From an uncultured Candidatus Saccharibacteria bacterium (lineage in GTDB: Bacteria; Patescibacteriota; Minisyncoccia; Phycocordibacterales; SBAW01): a DNA stretch of 64,000 nt. Positions 18,568 to 27,728 of the stretch are shown here, in pieces. The stretch covers positions 6,523 through 70,522 of the forward strand of contig CAYQPO010000005.1 in assembly GCA_964420015.1 (NCBI GenBank). The letters run 5' to 3'. Position 1 is the first letter of the stretch. Every line of letters begins with the position of its first letter. The position numbers were made by a program, and so were the translations under genes. The notes under the pieces are model-generated. The model was not told where the DNA came from and did not search any database. It saw nothing but the letters and a program-made list of their open reading frames with translations.

Positions 18568-18577
18568 CAAAACTTCG

Positions 18578-18946
18578 CTAAACAATGACATTCTCCAGTA
18601 CTTCTACTTTAGCCCGCCTGGTCGAAAAGTCCAAATAAACACAAGCAACATCGAGCTGCCACGGCGTTTCATCAGAAATTTTACGGTCCATAAGGTAGGT
18701 TTGGATTGCCCTATGGAGTCGCTTGATTTTGGCTGGATGTACGTTCTCTTCGGGCCTATAAGTTTCGCGTGAAACCGACTTAACTTCAACAAAATATAGC
18801 TTTTTCGCCTTCTCAGCTATGATGTCTATCTCACCCCACTTCCGTAAGTAATTACGTTCTACTATCCGAAATCCCTTTGATTCTAAGTATTTGCAAGCAA
18901 CCCCCTCTCCTATGTCTCCCAAAGCGCGTTTAGGAGTTTTGGCCAT
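18578..18946 (-). CDS. yraN: YraN-family (UPF0102) endonuclease-like protein
   Basis: 122 aa; GEGVACKYLESKGFRIVERNY...GEIDIIA...YFVEVK. Confidence 0.8.
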   Translation of the reverse strand: MAKTPKRALGDIGEGVACKYLESKGFRIVERNYLRKWGEIDIIAEKAKKLYFVEVKSVSRETYRPEENVHPAKIKRLHRAIQTYLMDRKISDETPWQLDVACVYLDFSTRRAKVEVLENVIV

Positions 18947-19178
18947 ACGATTAGTCTAGCGTATGGTTCACGTGTAACCTTATTTAACTAAGTTACTAAG
19001 TAACGTTCTTAGGCTAAAAAACTGAAAAAGACATTGAGGTGGCTCAATAAAGCCTTATTTTTATGTCCTTGAATCCACCTATCCCCAAAGTTATCCCCAT
19101 TATCCCCAAATTTTCCTTTGTTTAATAGGGTGGGAGCTGTCCACACTCTGGATGTCTTTTACTACCCGTGTTGCTGTG

Positions 19179-19250
19179 TGCGCTCGCCAGGACTCGAACC
19201 TGGAATAGCTGGTTCGAAGCCAGCCGTGATATCCATTTCACCACGAGCGC
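19179..19250 (-). tRNA. tRNA-Arg (anticodon UCG)
   Basis: hand fold: acceptor GCGCTCG/CGAGCGC, D arm GTGA/TCAC, anticodon arm GCTGG-CTTCGAA-CCAGC, T arm GGTTCGAGTCC, discriminator A. Confidence 0.8.
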
Positions 19251-19328
19251 AAACGATAAACCGAACTATTTAATCCTACCAAGAAATCGTGGTATAGTCG
19301 TTCTGCAAAGCGATAATTTTTGCCATAG

Positions 19329-19399
19329 GCGGATATGGTTTAGTGGTAGAACGCGTCCTTGCCAAGGACGAGATCGGGGTTCGATTCCCCGTATCCGCA
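19329..19399 (+). tRNA. tRNA-Gly (anticodon GCC)
   Basis: hand fold: acceptor GCGGATA/TATCCGC, anticodon arm CGTCC-TTGCCAA-GGACG, T arm CGGGG-TTCGATT-CCCCG. Confidence 0.85.
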
Positions 19400-19407
19400 C
19401 AGATGAC

Positions 19408-20877
19408 ATGCTTTCTCCAAGCCAAATACCTCCTGAGGTCGCTCGTGTAATCGCTACGCTCGAGAAAGCGGGTTTTGAGGCATGGATAGTGGGGGGGTGT
19501 GTACGCGATCTGCTCTTGGGTAGAGTGCCCAAAGACTGGGATGTAACCACCAACGCTACGCCTGAGCAAATTCAGGGCCTTTTTGCCAATACCTACTATA
19601 CTAACGAGTTTGGCACTGTAGGTGTGGTCAACGACGACGCGCTCGACGAGCGTCTTAAGGTGGTTGAGGTGACGCCATATCGCTTGGAAGGGAAGTACAG
19701 CGACGCTCGTCGCCCCGACTCGGTGATATTTAGCCAAAAAATCGAGGACGATCTAAAACGCCGCGACTTTACCATCAACGCGCTCGCGTATAGCCCTACA
19801 AAAGGACAACTCCTCGACCCGTATGGGGGGATAAAAGACATAGACGCGCGCGTCATACGTGCAGTTGGAGGCCCTTTAGAGCGTTTTAATGAGGACGGCT
19901 TGCGCATTTTGCGTGCCGTACGGATTTCGGCCGAGTTGGGCTTTGCAATCGACCCGCGCACTGAGCGCGGCATGCGCGATAGTGCTGCTCAATTAGAAAA
20001 AATTTCTAAAGAGCGCATCCGCGATGAGTTTGTGCGTATCCTCAACTCACCTGAGCCTATGAAAGCTCTTATTTTGAGCCATAAATTAGGGATTTTGAAA
20101 TATATCGCCCCCGAGCTCGAGCAGGGGATAGGCGTAGAGCAAAACCAGGCACACAAATACGATGTGTTTGAGCACAACCTGCGCACCCTGCAGCACGCTG
20201 CCGACAAGGAGTGGATGTTTATTGTGCGGCTCGCAGGACTCTTCCACGACGTAGGCAAGCCCAAAAGCCGTCGCTGGAGCGAGGAGAAGCAGGATTGGAC
20301 CTTCCACGGACACGACGTAGTGGGCGCCCGGATGATTAAAAAGATACTCGAGACTCTCAAATTTCCACGTGAAACGATCGACTTGGCCGCCAGTTTGGTA
20401 CGCTGGCACATGTTTTTTAGTGACCCATCGATCGTAACGCTCTCGGCGGTGCGCCGGATCATACAAAATGTTGGCAAAGAGCACATTTGGGACCTTATCA
20501 ACCTACGCATCTGCGACCGCATAGGCACGGGCCGGCCAAAAGAGCAGCCGTTTAGGCTGCGCAAGTATCAGGCCATGATCGAGCAGGCCATGCGCGACCC
20601 AATTTCAGTTGGGATGCTCAAAATCGACGGCCGCCGGCTCATAGAACTCGGCCAAAAGCCGGGGCCGCGCATGGGGTGGACGCTGCATGCGCTCTTAGAG
20701 GAGGTTTTGGACGACCCAAGCAAGAATACGACCGAATATCTAGAGCAACGCGCGGGCCAACTGGCTCAACTTTCAGACAAAGAGCTCCGAGAAGTAGGGG
20801 AGGAGGGCAAAGAGAAAAAGGCTCAGGCCGAAGAGGCTGAAATAAAGGACATTAAGAAAAAATACTTTGTCGACTAG
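19408..20877 (+). CDS. cca: CCA-adding tRNA nucleotidyltransferase with HD domain
   Basis: start taken at MLSPSQ just after tRNA-Gly (the track ORF runs through the tRNAs); GGCVRDLLLG..PKDWD nucleotidyltransferase head, RRDFTINAL, HD motif (LFHDVGK). Confidence 0.85.
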   Translation: MLSPSQIPPEVARVIATLEKAGFEAWIVGGCVRDLLLGRVPKDWDVTTNATPEQIQGLFANTYYTNEFGTVGVVNDDALDERLKVVEVTPYRLEGKYSDARRPDSVIFSQKIEDDLKRRDFTINALAYSPTKGQLLDPYGGIKDIDARVIRAVGGPLERFNEDGLRILRAVRISAELGFAIDPRTERGMRDSAAQLEKISKERIRDEFVRILNSPEPMKALILSHKLGILKYIAPELEQGIGVEQNQAHKYDVFEHNLRTLQHAADKEWMFIVRLAGLFHDVGKPKSRRWSEEKQDWTFHGHDVVGARMIKKILETLKFPRETIDLAASLVRWHMFFSDPSIVTLSAVRRIIQNVGKEHIWDLINLRICDRIGTGRPKEQPFRLRKYQAMIEQAMRDPISVGMLKIDGRRLIELGQKPGPRMGWTLHALLEEVLDDPSKNTTEYLEQRAGQLAQLSDKELREVGEEGKEKKAQAEEAEIKDIKKKYFVD

Positions 20878-20880
20878 ACT

Positions 20881-20920
20881 TGTCCTTTATGTGGATAAGT
20901 GTCCTTTACCTTGTCCTTTA
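20881..20920 (+). repeat. three direct copies of TGTCCTTTA (starts 20881, 20900, 20912) right after the cca stop
   Basis: read in sequence. Confidence 0.5.
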
Positions 20921-21255
20921 AAGCGTTAGTATTACAAGCGGTTCAGCTTGCACTACTACGTTCGTAAGCGCGTATAAGCAGCCATTAGTTTTTAACCCTG
21001 TAACTAGTCTGTTGCTTGTATTGTTCGATAGTGCTTACACAAATGTACTGTGGGTAAGTTCTTCGGTCACATAAACGCGTTGTTCGCTGTCTTCTAAACT
21101 TATTGTCTTAGCTCGGCGTAAGCCTCTCAAACTTAGACAACAATCTATAAGCAAAAGGCCTTTACGCTTCTTTGCAGCAGGTTCTGAAGACCCCGGCGAA
21201 CTCCTTCTGCCAACATATCTCTAGTACGGCAGATGAAACCCCTGGTAGACCCCTA

Positions 21256-22071
21256 CTAGGGGTTTATAGTTTTCAAAATCTCCTCGTGTTCGGGAGCGCT
21301 GAGTGCCCAGATATACTCAAAGAGGATTTCAAACGTCTGTCGTATAGCCATATTTTCTATAAGCGTAGTGATTATAGGGCCATCATAGGAGGTGACAGCC
21401 ACTTTGTTGGCATAGATAAACACCTGGGCGGGCACCGACATACGCTCGGCAGGCACCATACGCCGCTCGACCAGGTTTTTTTGATCGGGCTCAATAACCC
21501 AGTAAGGTGCCCCCTTAACCAAAGGGGTGATTGCCCTCGTAGTAATGCCCAGTTTTACCCGCTCTGCCATCTGCCTTGCGATGAGCTCTTTGAGCCCCGG
21601 TTCGTCTCGGTCTTTTACTGAGCGGACGAGCTTTAGGGGTTGTCGCTCGTTGAGCTGGTCTTCGTAGAGCTCGGCTATACCCGACATCCCTTCTAAAATA
21701 CGCACCCCGGGCTGCCCTGCAACAGTATTAAAGTCCGAAATAAGTTTAGTTAAGGCGCTATCCAAGGCATTTTTGGCATTTTTGGCCTCTTCAATTCGCT
21801 TGTCGGCCAACTCTTTGAGTTTGAGCGGGTGAGCCCCTACAAATAAGGCTATCTCGCCGGGTTTGTCGCTTTTAGTGACCAACTCAAGGGCCTCGAGCTC
21901 GCCTAAGAGCTTGTAGCTGAGCGTCCTGGGCACCCCTGCCAAGAAGCTCAACCGGGTGGCAGTAAGTGGACCATGCTGTATTAAGGCCTCATACAGTGCT
22001 GATTGGCCTGGACTGAGCCCAGACTGAGTGAGCGCTTGGCGAACCACCTCGCTGGAGACCTTGTACTCCAT
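21256..22071 (-). CDS. TrmB-like winged-helix transcriptional regulator (paralogue B)
   Basis: LSPGQSALYEALIQHGPLTATRLSFLAGVPRTLSYKLLGELEALELV wHTH; 271 aa. Confidence 0.55.
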   Translation of the reverse strand: MEYKVSSEVVRQALTQSGLSPGQSALYEALIQHGPLTATRLSFLAGVPRTLSYKLLGELEALELVTKSDKPGEIALFVGAHPLKLKELADKRIEEAKNAKNALDSALTKLISDFNTVAGQPGVRILEGMSGIAELYEDQLNERQPLKLVRSVKDRDEPGLKELIARQMAERVKLGITTRAITPLVKGAPYWVIEPDQKNLVERRMVPAERMSVPAQVFIYANKVAVTSYDGPIITTLIENMAIRQTFEILFEYIWALSAPEHEEILKTINP

Positions 22072-22202
22072 AGAAATCCCATACTAAACCAATTGCTTTT
22101 CTTTGTCAAAATAGATTTACAAAAGTAAGCCAAATTTTAATAATATATTGTTAGTAAATGCTAATAAATATAACAAATAGGATACTTTTTGTCTTAAGTC
22201 TA

Positions 22203-22230
22203 TTGACACTCATAAAATATCTGCTATAGT
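22203..22230 (+). promoter_or_regulatory. near-consensus promoter TTGACA-N16-TATAGT preceded by an AT-rich UP-like tract
   Basis: hexamers read in sequence; predicted TSS about 22237. Confidence 0.5.
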
Positions 22231-22236
22231 GGCTGC

Positions 22237-22471
22237 AGATTTCAGTTCCCGAAAGGGAGTTGCAAGACCGGCAGGAGGGCCGGGGGTGTGCACACCCGAA
22301 GTCCGATGCACCCGCAGTGGGCAGAATCTGGATGTCGACCTGGGTGCACGCCACCCTAACATCTAGTAGGTCAACTCCCGCGATTTCCCCGACCGCTCGC
22401 TTTTGCGACCGGTCGGGGACTCTACTCAGCCAGTGAATCCTTCATTGGTTGATTGAGCCTCAGGAAGGGAG
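22237..22471 (+). ncRNA. candidate structured 5' leader / ncRNA (about 235 nt, GC-rich, ORF-free)
   Basis: no ORF; several strong hairpins (CAGUUCCC-GAAA-GGGAGUUG; GGGUGUG/CACACCC; GAUGU..GGGUG-CACGC-CACCC..ACAUC; CCCCGACCG-N14-CGGUCGGGG); class not recognised. Confidence 0.25.
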
Positions 22472-22675
22472 GTGAATTCTATTCGCGATTTCGCTCTCGG
22501 GTTTCTTGCTGCTCTGGTCCTCGTTTGGACCTTCGGCGGCGAGGCTCCTCAGACGGTCCGCGTGGTTTGGGTCGATCTTGGCACCCCTGGTATCTCCGAT
22601 ACATTTGGGGAGGATCAAGACGGCTTCGACCACAGCGGCTCGTATGAGGACCTGCAACCCTCCGAGCAGCGCTAA
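22472..22675 (+). CDS. candidate 67-aa single-TM small protein
   Basis: GTG start right after GGAAGGGAGG; TM FALGFLAALVLVWTF; acidic C-terminus. Confidence 0.3.
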   Translation: MNSIRDFALGFLAALVLVWTFGGEAPQTVRVVWVDLGTPGISDTFGEDQDGFDHSGSYEDLQPSEQR

Positions 22676-22781
22676 CCGGCTCCACTGCCCGCCGAACGGG
22701 CACCGGCGCACCGCCTCTCTTGCAGTGGACGCAAGGAGGTTGTCGCAAAACCCAGCGATGTAAAAGCACGGGTAAACATCA

Positions 22782-22816
22782 AAGCCCCTGACCGCAAGGT
22801 TGGGGCTTTCGTTTCT
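22782..22816 (+). terminator. intrinsic terminator with GCAA tetraloop
   Basis: AAGCCCCUGACC-GCAA-GGUUGGGGCUU + UCGUUUCU. Confidence 0.5.
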
Positions 22817-22849
22817 AAAATTAAAAAATTAAGGTTATACAATTTATAC

Positions 22850-23539
22850 ATGGTGGATTTTTATAAAGACTGGTACGACGACTTGGTTGCGCACAGCAAC
22901 GAAAAGGGTTTGTTGGTAGAAAAGATAGCCGACCTCCTGCAAGGCAAAACGCATGAGAGTTGTCTTGAAATAGGGCTTGGTACCTCAGCGTACTTTTCAA
23001 AACGGCTTGGCTCATTGTTTAAAGAATACTGGATCATCGAAAAGAATGAATTTGATAGCGCACTGGCTCCAAAAGTGCAGCTCATACAGGGGAACTTTGA
23101 GACCCACCAGTTCGATAAAAAATTTGACGTCGTGATCGCATCGCATGTGGTCTATTATTTTCGTGACCTGCCTAGTGCGGTCAACAAAATAATGACGCTG
23201 CTAAAACCAGGCGGCCGAGCATACTTTGTGGTCAATGGCAAAGAGAGTGACTACGGCCCAATCAAAAACGCTTTTGCAAGTTTTATTGCCAAGCCCTACA
23301 CCTTTACCTACGACACACTCAAACAAGAACTGCGGGGATTCAATACTAAAGAATATACAACCCAAGCCAGCCTCTCGTTTAGTTCGTATGATGACTTGTA
23401 CGAGGCTCTCAAACTCTCTTTTGATCTATACCCTGCAGAGTACAAAACAAACAGAGAAAACGTCATTGCTTGGCTTAAGAAAAATATTGCGGGCGATAAA
23501 TTTTTTATAGATCAGAAAATAATAGAGGTAACAAAATAG
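22850..23539 (+). CDS. class I SAM-dependent methyltransferase
   Basis: CLEIGLGTSAYF (motif I), DVVIASHVVYY, LLKPGGRAYFV; appears more AT-rich than neighbouring genes. Confidence 0.6.
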   Translation: MVDFYKDWYDDLVAHSNEKGLLVEKIADLLQGKTHESCLEIGLGTSAYFSKRLGSLFKEYWIIEKNEFDSALAPKVQLIQGNFETHQFDKKFDVVIASHVVYYFRDLPSAVNKIMTLLKPGGRAYFVVNGKESDYGPIKNAFASFIAKPYTFTYDTLKQELRGFNTKEYTTQASLSFSSYDDLYEALKLSFDLYPAEYKTNRENVIAWLKKNIAGDKFFIDQKIIEVTK

Positions 23540-23568
23540 TAATCTCCATACTCAGCAAAAGGCTTTTT

Positions 23569-24375
23569 CTAGCTTTTTAATTCGATGAGCACCGGGCAGT
23601 GGTCGGAGCCAAACACTTGGTCCAAAATCTCGGCCTTTTTAAGGCGGGGGAGGAGTTTTTTAGATACAAACCAGTAGTCGATCCGCCAGCCCACGTTGCG
23701 CGCACGCGCATTGGCCCAGTGGGTCCACCAGGTGTAGTGGCCGTTACCTTTAGGATTAAAATGCCGCCAGCTGTCGACGAAACCCGCAGCAATAATATGG
23801 TCGATGCCCTCGCGCTCTTCAAACGTAAAGCCGTGTTCGCCCACATTGGGTTTAGGATTGGCCAAGTCCTCTTCGGTATGCGCCACGTTGAGGTCGCCAC
23901 AAAACAAAACCGGCTTCTCTTTGTTGAGCCGCTGCATATACTCCAAAAACGCCGGGTCCCACTGCTTGTGCCGCAACTTTAATCGCGAGAGGTCGTCTTT
24001 AGAGTTGGGTGTGTAGCTGGTGACCACAAAAAAGTCGTCGAGCTCGAGCGTGATCACGCGACCCTCTTTGTTAGGGTCGCCGTAGTCGTCTTGGTGGAGC
24101 TTATACTTTTTGCACAAATCCTCGGGGAGGCCATGCATCTCCTCGAGTACTTCCAATCCGTTTCTTACAAAAATCGCGGTGCCGCTATAGCCCTTCTTCT
24201 CCGCACTGTGCCAAAACTCTTGATAGTCTTTTAAATCAATTTCGGCCTGACCGCGGATCGCTTTAGTCTCTTGCAAACACACCACGTCGGGCTTGTACTG
24301 TTTTATAAACGCCTGAAAGTCGCCCCTCTTCACCACCGCTCTAATCCCGTTGACATTCCAACTAGCAAGCCTCAT
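23569..24375 (-). CDS. xth: exodeoxyribonuclease III
   Basis: MRLASWNVNGIRA..DVVCLQETK..; C-terminal SDHCP motif. Confidence 0.9.
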   Translation of the reverse strand: MRLASWNVNGIRAVVKRGDFQAFIKQYKPDVVCLQETKAIRGQAEIDLKDYQEFWHSAEKKGYSGTAIFVRNGLEVLEEMHGLPEDLCKKYKLHQDDYGDPNKEGRVITLELDDFFVVTSYTPNSKDDLSRLKLRHKQWDPAFLEYMQRLNKEKPVLFCGDLNVAHTEEDLANPKPNVGEHGFTFEEREGIDHIIAAGFVDSWRHFNPKGNGHYTWWTHWANARARNVGWRIDYWFVSKKLLPRLKKAEILDQVFGSDHCPVLIELKS

Positions 24376-24475
24376 GCCCCAAATATACCAAAGTTGACAC
24401 CAAAGGGCATTGCACTATGCTTGAGTTAGAGAAGTTTCTGCGCAGATTATTTTTTATTTTATTTTTCAAAAAACT

Positions 24476-25624
24476 ATGGAAGGCTCAAGCAAAGGATGGC
24501 TCTGGGGCTTGATCATTATTATTGTGCTCGCCCTCGGCGGGTGGTGGTATAGCACACACAACATGGGCGGTTCTGCCGATAATGGTACTGGACCGATAAA
24601 GATTGGCCTGATAGCGCCACTTACTGGTGACGCCGCCACCTACGGCACCATGGACCAAAACGGAGCACAGCTCGCGGTTAAAGAAATTAATGCAGCTGGT
24701 GGTATTGCTGGCCGCCAGGTGGAACTCACCAGCGAGGACGGTAAGTGCACCGGACAAGATGGCTCAAGCGCCGCACAGAAACTCATTAGCACCGATGGTG
24801 TGAGGTACATCATCGGCGGCGGTTGTTCGGGAGAGACTTTTGCTATTGTGCCGATTGCCGAACAGGCTAAAGTGCTCGTGATATCTCCTTCGGCCTCGGC
24901 TCCTAAACTTGCGGGTATAAGCCCGTACTTCTTCCGCAACAACCCGAACGACAACATCCCCGCAGTTGGTCTTGCCGACTACGTTGCAAAGACATACAAG
25001 TCTGTCGCAGTGATATCTGAAAAGACTGACTACGCTCAGGGCTTCAAGGCGGTGTTCCTAAGCGAGGCTGGCAAAAATAATACGAAGATAACTGACACAG
25101 AAGACTACGACCCCACCGTGACCGATTTCCGCACTGTATTACTGAAAATGAAATCGACCAATCCTGGGGTTATCTTCATCAATCCACAGGCTGGTGCGAA
25201 TCTTGCCCGGGTAGCTACTCAGGCACGTCAGGCGGGTATTAATACGCCACTGGTGAGTGCGGTGTTCACCGGTCCAGAAGTGCTTTCTGCCGGCTCGGCA
25301 GTAGAGGGGATGGTGCTTGCCGTGCCGCAGGGCGTTTCGACGCAAGGGAAAGGACCAGAGTTTCTGACAAAATACAAGGCTACCTATAGTGCCGATCCGA
25401 TCTATCAACTATTTGCCGGTGCTGGATATGATGATGTATACCTTATTAAACAAGGTATCGAAGCAGTAGGGAATGATCCGAGCAAGGTTGCCCAATATTG
25501 GCACTCTCTCTCAAACTTCGATGGCGTCTTGGGTGCGTACCACTTCGATCAAAATGGTGACCCCGTAGGTATAACCTCTATCTTGCAAAAAATTCAGAAC
25601 GGCAAGGTAGTAGATGTGCAATAG
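24476..25624 (+). CDS. TM-anchored LivK-type (PF13458-like) ABC substrate-binding protein, SBP1
   Basis: N-terminal TM, then IKIGLIAPLTGDAATYG...AVKEINAAGGIAGRQVEL..DGKC...GGGCSGE, a typical branched-chain amino acid/amide-type SBP signature. Confidence 0.85.
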   Translation: MEGSSKGWLWGLIIIIVLALGGWWYSTHNMGGSADNGTGPIKIGLIAPLTGDAATYGTMDQNGAQLAVKEINAAGGIAGRQVELTSEDGKCTGQDGSSAAQKLISTDGVRYIIGGGCSGETFAIVPIAEQAKVLVISPSASAPKLAGISPYFFRNNPNDNIPAVGLADYVAKTYKSVAVISEKTDYAQGFKAVFLSEAGKNNTKITDTEDYDPTVTDFRTVLLKMKSTNPGVIFINPQAGANLARVATQARQAGINTPLVSAVFTGPEVLSAGSAVEGMVLAVPQGVSTQGKGPEFLTKYKATYSADPIYQLFAGAGYDDVYLIKQGIEAVGNDPSKVAQYWHSLSNFDGVLGAYHFDQNGDPVGITSILQKIQNGKVVDVQ

Positions 25625-25648
25625 AGTAGGGGAAAATTCACAAGCAAA

Positions 25649-25690
25649 ACCCCGTCCTGAGCAAGTCGAAGGGCGGGCTTTTGTTATTGT
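25649..25690. terminator. possible bidirectional terminator between SBP1 and regulator C
   Basis: CCCGTCC-N13-GGGCGGG (one GU) flanked by AAAA/TTTTGTTATTGTTT. Confidence 0.3.
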
Positions 25691-26451
25691 TTGAGCGTCG
25701 AGTCGACGTAGCGAAAAAGTTCTTTCATCATCTTGGCGATTTCTGCGTCCTTGACGAGGATTGCCAAATGCCCGCTCTCTCGGTACGACGCCATAAAAAC
25801 TTTGTCGTCATAAATCACCACCTCCATGTCGAACTGATAGCCAGGCGGCAGTAACTTCATGTCGCGCATCTGCTGCGGGTCGAGCGACTTAAATTTGCGG
25901 AGCGTCGGTGTGTCGGTCGCCACCGTGTAGGCATGGATGCCCGCGCTCGTTCGTTTGTTGATGTATGCGTTGATCCAGTCGTAGCCCATCGCCTCGAGCG
26001 TCACATCGCCGCCCAAAAACCCGTACATAACCTTGCCCTTGTTATGCTCGACAGTATCTTCATACGCTTGCTTGATTCCTTCAATGCCTTCGAAGTACTG
26101 TATCCGGGTTGTTTGATTGCTCCGCGTACGCAAAAGTTTAAGCTCGGGTAAAAGTTGATTAAGTTGCTTCTTGCTCTCCTCAAGCGCTGCCCGACGGCGT
26201 TCGAGATACCCGGGGAGCATTTCGGGGGCGATCGCTTGGAAGCGGGTTGCACCTTGCTTTTTAGTCTGAGAGACTAGCCCCAGTGCAGCAAGTTCGTGGA
26301 CAATATCGTAAGTAGTAGTGCGGTTAAGCTTTGCCTCCTTAGCTATCGCCGCGACCAGCATCGGACCGCTTTCGAGTAGCACGCTAAATACGGCGTTTTG
26401 TTTTTCGCTCAAATTGAGCACGTCGAGAGCTTTCTTAAGTGCGGGGATCAT
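25684..26451 (-). CDS. TrmB-family regulator (paralogue C)
   Basis: start taken at MIPALKK (the track starts at an upstream TTG); LNLSEKQNAVFSVLLESGPMLVAAIAKEAKLNRTTTYDIVHELAALGLV. Confidence 0.65.
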   Translation of the reverse strand: MIPALKKALDVLNLSEKQNAVFSVLLESGPMLVAAIAKEAKLNRTTTYDIVHELAALGLVSQTKKQGATRFQAIAPEMLPGYLERRRAALEESKKQLNQLLPELKLLRTRSNQTTRIQYFEGIEGIKQAYEDTVEHNKGKVMYGFLGGDVTLEAMGYDWINAYINKRTSAGIHAYTVATDTPTLRKFKSLDPQQMRDMKLLPPGYQFDMEVVIYDDKVFMASYRESGHLAILVKDAEIAKMMKELFRYVDSTLKQ

Positions 26452-26574
26452 AGCAAAATAGTTGTTGTGGAAAAGTACCGACAGTTTAGTGCAGAAATTG
26501 TTGACTGTCAAACAGGCTATGGTATTTTAGTGTTGCAGTTTTTAGTCAGGTTCGACTAACTAGGCTTATTTTAT

Positions 26575-27708
26575 ATGTCAACTTCACTTAAATGGGTTTG
26601 GGGGCTTGCCGTAGTGATTGTGGTCGCGTTCGGCGCCTATTACATCTCCAAAAATTCCCAGGATAACAGCACCGGTCCTATTAAAGTCGGCTTCATTGCG
26701 CCCCTCACTGGTGATGCCGGCTCTATTGGTGTCTCCATGCAACACGCTGTAGAACTCGCGGTTGATGAACAAAACGCCGCAGGAGGGATCAGTGGTCGCC
26801 CCGTACAGGTGATATACGAAGACGGCAAATGTGGCAAAGATGCTGCCAACGCCGCACAAAAACTTGTTAACGTGGACGGTGTTAAATACATTCTTGGCGG
26901 CGCATGCTCGGGTGAGACGCTCGCGGCCGCGCCAATCGCAGAGGCAAGCCGTGTGATCTTGTTTACGTCAGTATCCAGCTCACCGGATATTACTACCGCG
27001 GGCGATTATATCTTCCGCAATTTTGCTTCTGATTCGACTTCAGGTGAAAAGATTGCGCAAGCGGTCAATGCCCGCGGCTACAAAAAAGTGGCCGTTATCG
27101 CCGAACAGACCGACTACGCACAGGCGATCAAGAAAGTGTTTGAGACTAAATTCCAAGCGCTTGGCGGCTCGATTGTTGCAGACGAAGGGTATAACACCGA
27201 CAGCAAAGACTTTCGCACTACGCTCGCCAAGATCAAAACTTCCGGCGCAGATGCGCTCTACCTCATTCCGCAATCACCGGCGGCTGGGCAGATCTTGCTT
27301 GAGCAGGTCCGCGCTGCAGGCATCATCCTGCCGAAGTTCTCCAACGAGCTCGTAACCACGGATTCGTTCCTCAAATCAGGCGTGTCAGAGGGCATCACGT
27401 ATGCAGAAGTCGACTTCGATCAAAACGCGCCGCTTGCAAAACAATTCTTCGAAAAGTTTACTGCGCGTTTTGGAACACTCGATGCAAACACCCCACCTGT
27501 GTATCTCGCTTCGCAATATGATACCGCCAAGCTCCTCTTCGAAACTATTGCAAAGGCGGGGAACTCGGCCGATCAAGTAAAAGATGCTCTCTACAAAGTA
27601 AGCGGCTGGCAAGGCACCGCAGGCACGGTGACCATGGACAAAAACGGCGACGCCGTAAAATCCTACACGCTCAAAGTAATTAAAGACGGAAAAGCAGTTA
27701 CACTCTAG
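26575..27708 (+). CDS. TM-anchored LivK-type substrate-binding protein, SBP2
   Basis: IKVGFIAPLTGDAGS...DEQNAAGGISGRPVQV..DGKCG...GGACSGE. Confidence 0.85.
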   Translation: MSTSLKWVWGLAVVIVVAFGAYYISKNSQDNSTGPIKVGFIAPLTGDAGSIGVSMQHAVELAVDEQNAAGGISGRPVQVIYEDGKCGKDAANAAQKLVNVDGVKYILGGACSGETLAAAPIAEASRVILFTSVSSSPDITTAGDYIFRNFASDSTSGEKIAQAVNARGYKKVAVIAEQTDYAQAIKKVFETKFQALGGSIVADEGYNTDSKDFRTTLAKIKTSGADALYLIPQSPAAGQILLEQVRAAGIILPKFSNELVTTDSFLKSGVSEGITYAEVDFDQNAPLAKQFFEKFTARFGTLDANTPPVYLASQYDTAKLLFETIAKAGNSADQVKDALYKVSGWQGTAGTVTMDKNGDAVKSYTLKVIKDGKAVTL

Positions 27709-27728
27709 CTGAGCTATACTGAGGGCGC

